Shown piece after piece: positions 62,535-64,000 of a stretch of 64,000 bases of DNA (position 1 is the first letter of the stretch; each line of letters starts with the position of its first letter). Below the pieces are notes generated by a model. The model was not told the origin of the DNA and did no database searches. It saw nothing but the letters and a program-made list of their open reading frames with translations. Origin of the DNA: Alphaproteobacteria bacterium (GTDB lineage Bacteria > Pseudomonadota > Alphaproteobacteria > CBDBCS01); assembly GCA_965203415.1 (NCBI GenBank), contig CBDBCS010000006.1, forward strand, positions 343,789 through 407,788, in the 5' to 3' direction. Both the position numbers and the translations under genes were made by a program.

Positions 62535-63321
62535 AGGCCACTAAACGCGCCAGCTGCAAATCGAGCGGCGTCGTGATCTTGAAATTAAGCTCGTCGCCGA
62601 CGACCAGACGCACGGATAGCGTCGGGTCTAGCCAGCTCCAATACGAAAGGTCGCAATAGAACGGGCGCGACGGCCGACCGGCGGCCTCTTTGGCGTTTTG
62701 GCTTCGGCTCTCTCTGTTCTCTCTGTTCTCCCGGTTCTCTAATAAGAGACGCCGCAGCACCCCCCAGCGCATAGCCTGAGGCGTCTGGAGTGCCCCGTAA
62801 CGGGCTCGGTCCTCGAACGCCTCGACGCGCGGCGAGCTGTGACCGAGCGGGGGACTCAACCGCACGAGACTCGACGACACCGGCACATAGGGCGCGGCCG
62901 CCGCCGCCGCGGCCGTCGTATCCGTCGCATTGCCGGGGGCGGGCCCCTCCAGAGCCCGGCACAGTTGTCTCACCAGAGAGGCCCGCACGAAAGGCCGCGC
63001 CACATCGTGGACAAGGAGGTAATCTGAATCCTCGGGTGCCAGTCCCGACAGAGCCGCCAGACCGCACAGAGCCGATTGATGACGCGTCGCGCCGCCTGGC
63101 ACAAGCGAAAGAAGCTCCAATCCAGCAAGACGGCGCCGCATAGAGGCTAAACTGTCCGGGTGAGACACAAGGATTATTCGATAGACCTCTGGCATGGACG
63201 CAAAAAGCCGGACAGACCAGTCAAAGAGAGGCCGTCCCCCTAAGTCCATCTCTTGTTTGGCCCGAGTCGGGTCTAGACGCTGGCCCGTACCGCCTGCGAG
63301 TAAAAGGACGAAAAGACGCAT
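62476..63321 (-). CDS. ispD: 2-C-methyl-D-erythritol 4-phosphate cytidylyltransferase (with RENRENRESR insertion)
   Basis: LLLAGGTGQRL, VHDVARPF, ALQTPQAM and C-terminal ...DELNFKITTPLDLQLARLV are IspD signatures. Confidence 0.85.
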   Translation of the reverse strand: MRLFVLLLAGGTGQRLDPTRAKQEMDLGGRPLFDWSVRLFASMPEVYRIILVSHPDSLASMRRRLAGLELLSLVPGGATRHQSALCGLAALSGLAPEDSDYLLVHDVARPFVRASLVRQLCRALEGPAPGNATDTTAAAAAAAPYVPVSSSLVRLSPPLGHSSPRVEAFEDRARYGALQTPQAMRWGVLRRLLLENRENRENRESRSQNAKEAAGRPSRPFYCDLSYWSWLDPTLSVRLVVGDELNFKITTPLDLQLARLVASNWRAEPEEPPPTPQNRSQ

Positions 63322-63433
63322 GCTCTGCCGCCGACCCCCGCCTTATATTAAAAAAAGAGACTTTACGCTCACATTATGCTATAATACAGGCGTGCTTGAA
63401 ACCCTTGAATAGCCCCGGCATAGGAGATGAACC

Positions 63434-64000
63434 GTGAGCCAAAAAATTCTTATCATCGAGGACGACGATGTTTTGCGTGCCTCGTTAGCCAGTCAACTCC
63501 GTGAAACGGGGAAGTACGCCGTCACCGAAGCCGCCAACGGCAAAGAGGGCGGCCTCGAGGTCTCCCGGGGGCAATACGATGGCGTCATCCTAGACATCGG
63601 CCTGCCCGACGTGGACGGCAGAGAACTATGCCGCTATTGGCGTAAGAGCGGCATCAATATCCCTGTCATCATGCTCACGGCTCGTTCGGGAGACTCGGAC
63701 ATTATTGCCGGGTTCGAGTCCGGAAGCAATGATTATGTGGTGAAGCCGTTCCGCGTCGCCGTTTTGCTGGCACGGCTCGAGGCTCGCATCCGGACGTTCG
63801 AGCGCGATGAAAATGCGGAATTGGCGGTTGGGCCTTATAGACTCCAGATCCGCCAGCGTCAGTTGGTCCACCGGGAAACCGGCAAGAAAACGCATCTGAC
63901 CGACAAGGAAACCGCGATTTTGAGGTATCTCTTCCGCGCCAGCGGGGAGCCCGTGTCGAAAGAGGAACTCTTGACCAATGTCTGGGGGTATCGGAGCAAT
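63434..64000 (+). CDS. OmpR-family response regulator (3' partial, runs off window)
   Basis: GTG at 63434 is 7 nt after TAGGAGA. Receiver domain (ILIIEDDDVLR...DGVILDIGLPDVDGREL...IMLTARSGDSD...KPFRVAVLLARLEARIR) followed by the start of a winged-helix domain. Confidence 0.85.
   Translation, partial: MSQKILIIEDDDVLRASLASQLRETGKYAVTEAANGKEGGLEVSRGQYDGVILDIGLPDVDGRELCRYWRKSGINIPVIMLTARSGDSDIIAGFESGSNDYVVKPFRVAVLLARLEARIRTFERDENAELAVGPYRLQIRQRQLVHRETGKKTHLTDKETAILRYLFRASGEPVSKEELLTNVWGYRSN

Noticed and set aside
63626-63895. ORF 63626..63895(-)
   Set aside because: Antisense to the clearly conserved response-regulator gene starting at GTG 63434 on the plus strand.

Overview
High-GC (about 62-65%) chromosomal segment, most likely from an alphaproteobacterium. 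Conserved synteny blocks (hemC-hemD-mic60-hemY, ileS-lspA, nrdR-ribD, dsbA-smc, split atpHAGDC) support that placement; the organism assignment is inference. Most of the window is core housekeeping. On the minus strand: gcvP(partial)-gcvH-gcvT behind a tandem glycine riboswitch, then hemY-like, mic60-like, hemD, hemC, hldE. On the plus strand: ileS-lspA, a MocA-like NTP transferase, marR, an OmpR-type regulator, apaG, folE, nrdR-ribD, clpX, dsbA-like, smc, atpH-A-G-D-C, dsbD, a DegT aminotransferase, and a partial response regulator at the 3' edge. Also present: recX, ilvE, rpmG (55 aa, missed by the >=60 aa ORF track), an M24 peptidase and ispD. Accessory-looking content sits between ribD and smc. 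It consists of two giant exported repeat proteins (1981 aa acidic, Gly/Asp-rich RTX-like; 2084 aa Tat-lipoprotein with FG-GAP-like repeats), a roughly 1.2 kb non-coding satellite of about 90 x 13-bp units, a tandemly duplicated tRNA-Ala(TGC) segment with a degenerate second copy, and an MttB-family methyltransferase gene. Downstream of atpC lies a lower-GC orphan NPPW-motif methyltransferase next to a Trm112-like gene. Four further tandem repeat arrays occur: 4 x 21 bp at the gcv promoter, 15 x 23 bp between ileS and lspA, and short arrays flanking a phage-type M15 peptidase. Many housekeeping proteins carry low-complexity in-frame insertions or tails. Two genes (clpX start, dsbD) are interrupted by single-base frameshifts inside poly-A tracts, which suggests homopolymer sequencing errors or genuine lesions. 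No CRISPR, no obvious transposase or integrase, and no defence system is recognisable. The six-frame track lists many spurious Arg/Pro-rich alternative-frame ORFs typical of high-GC DNA.
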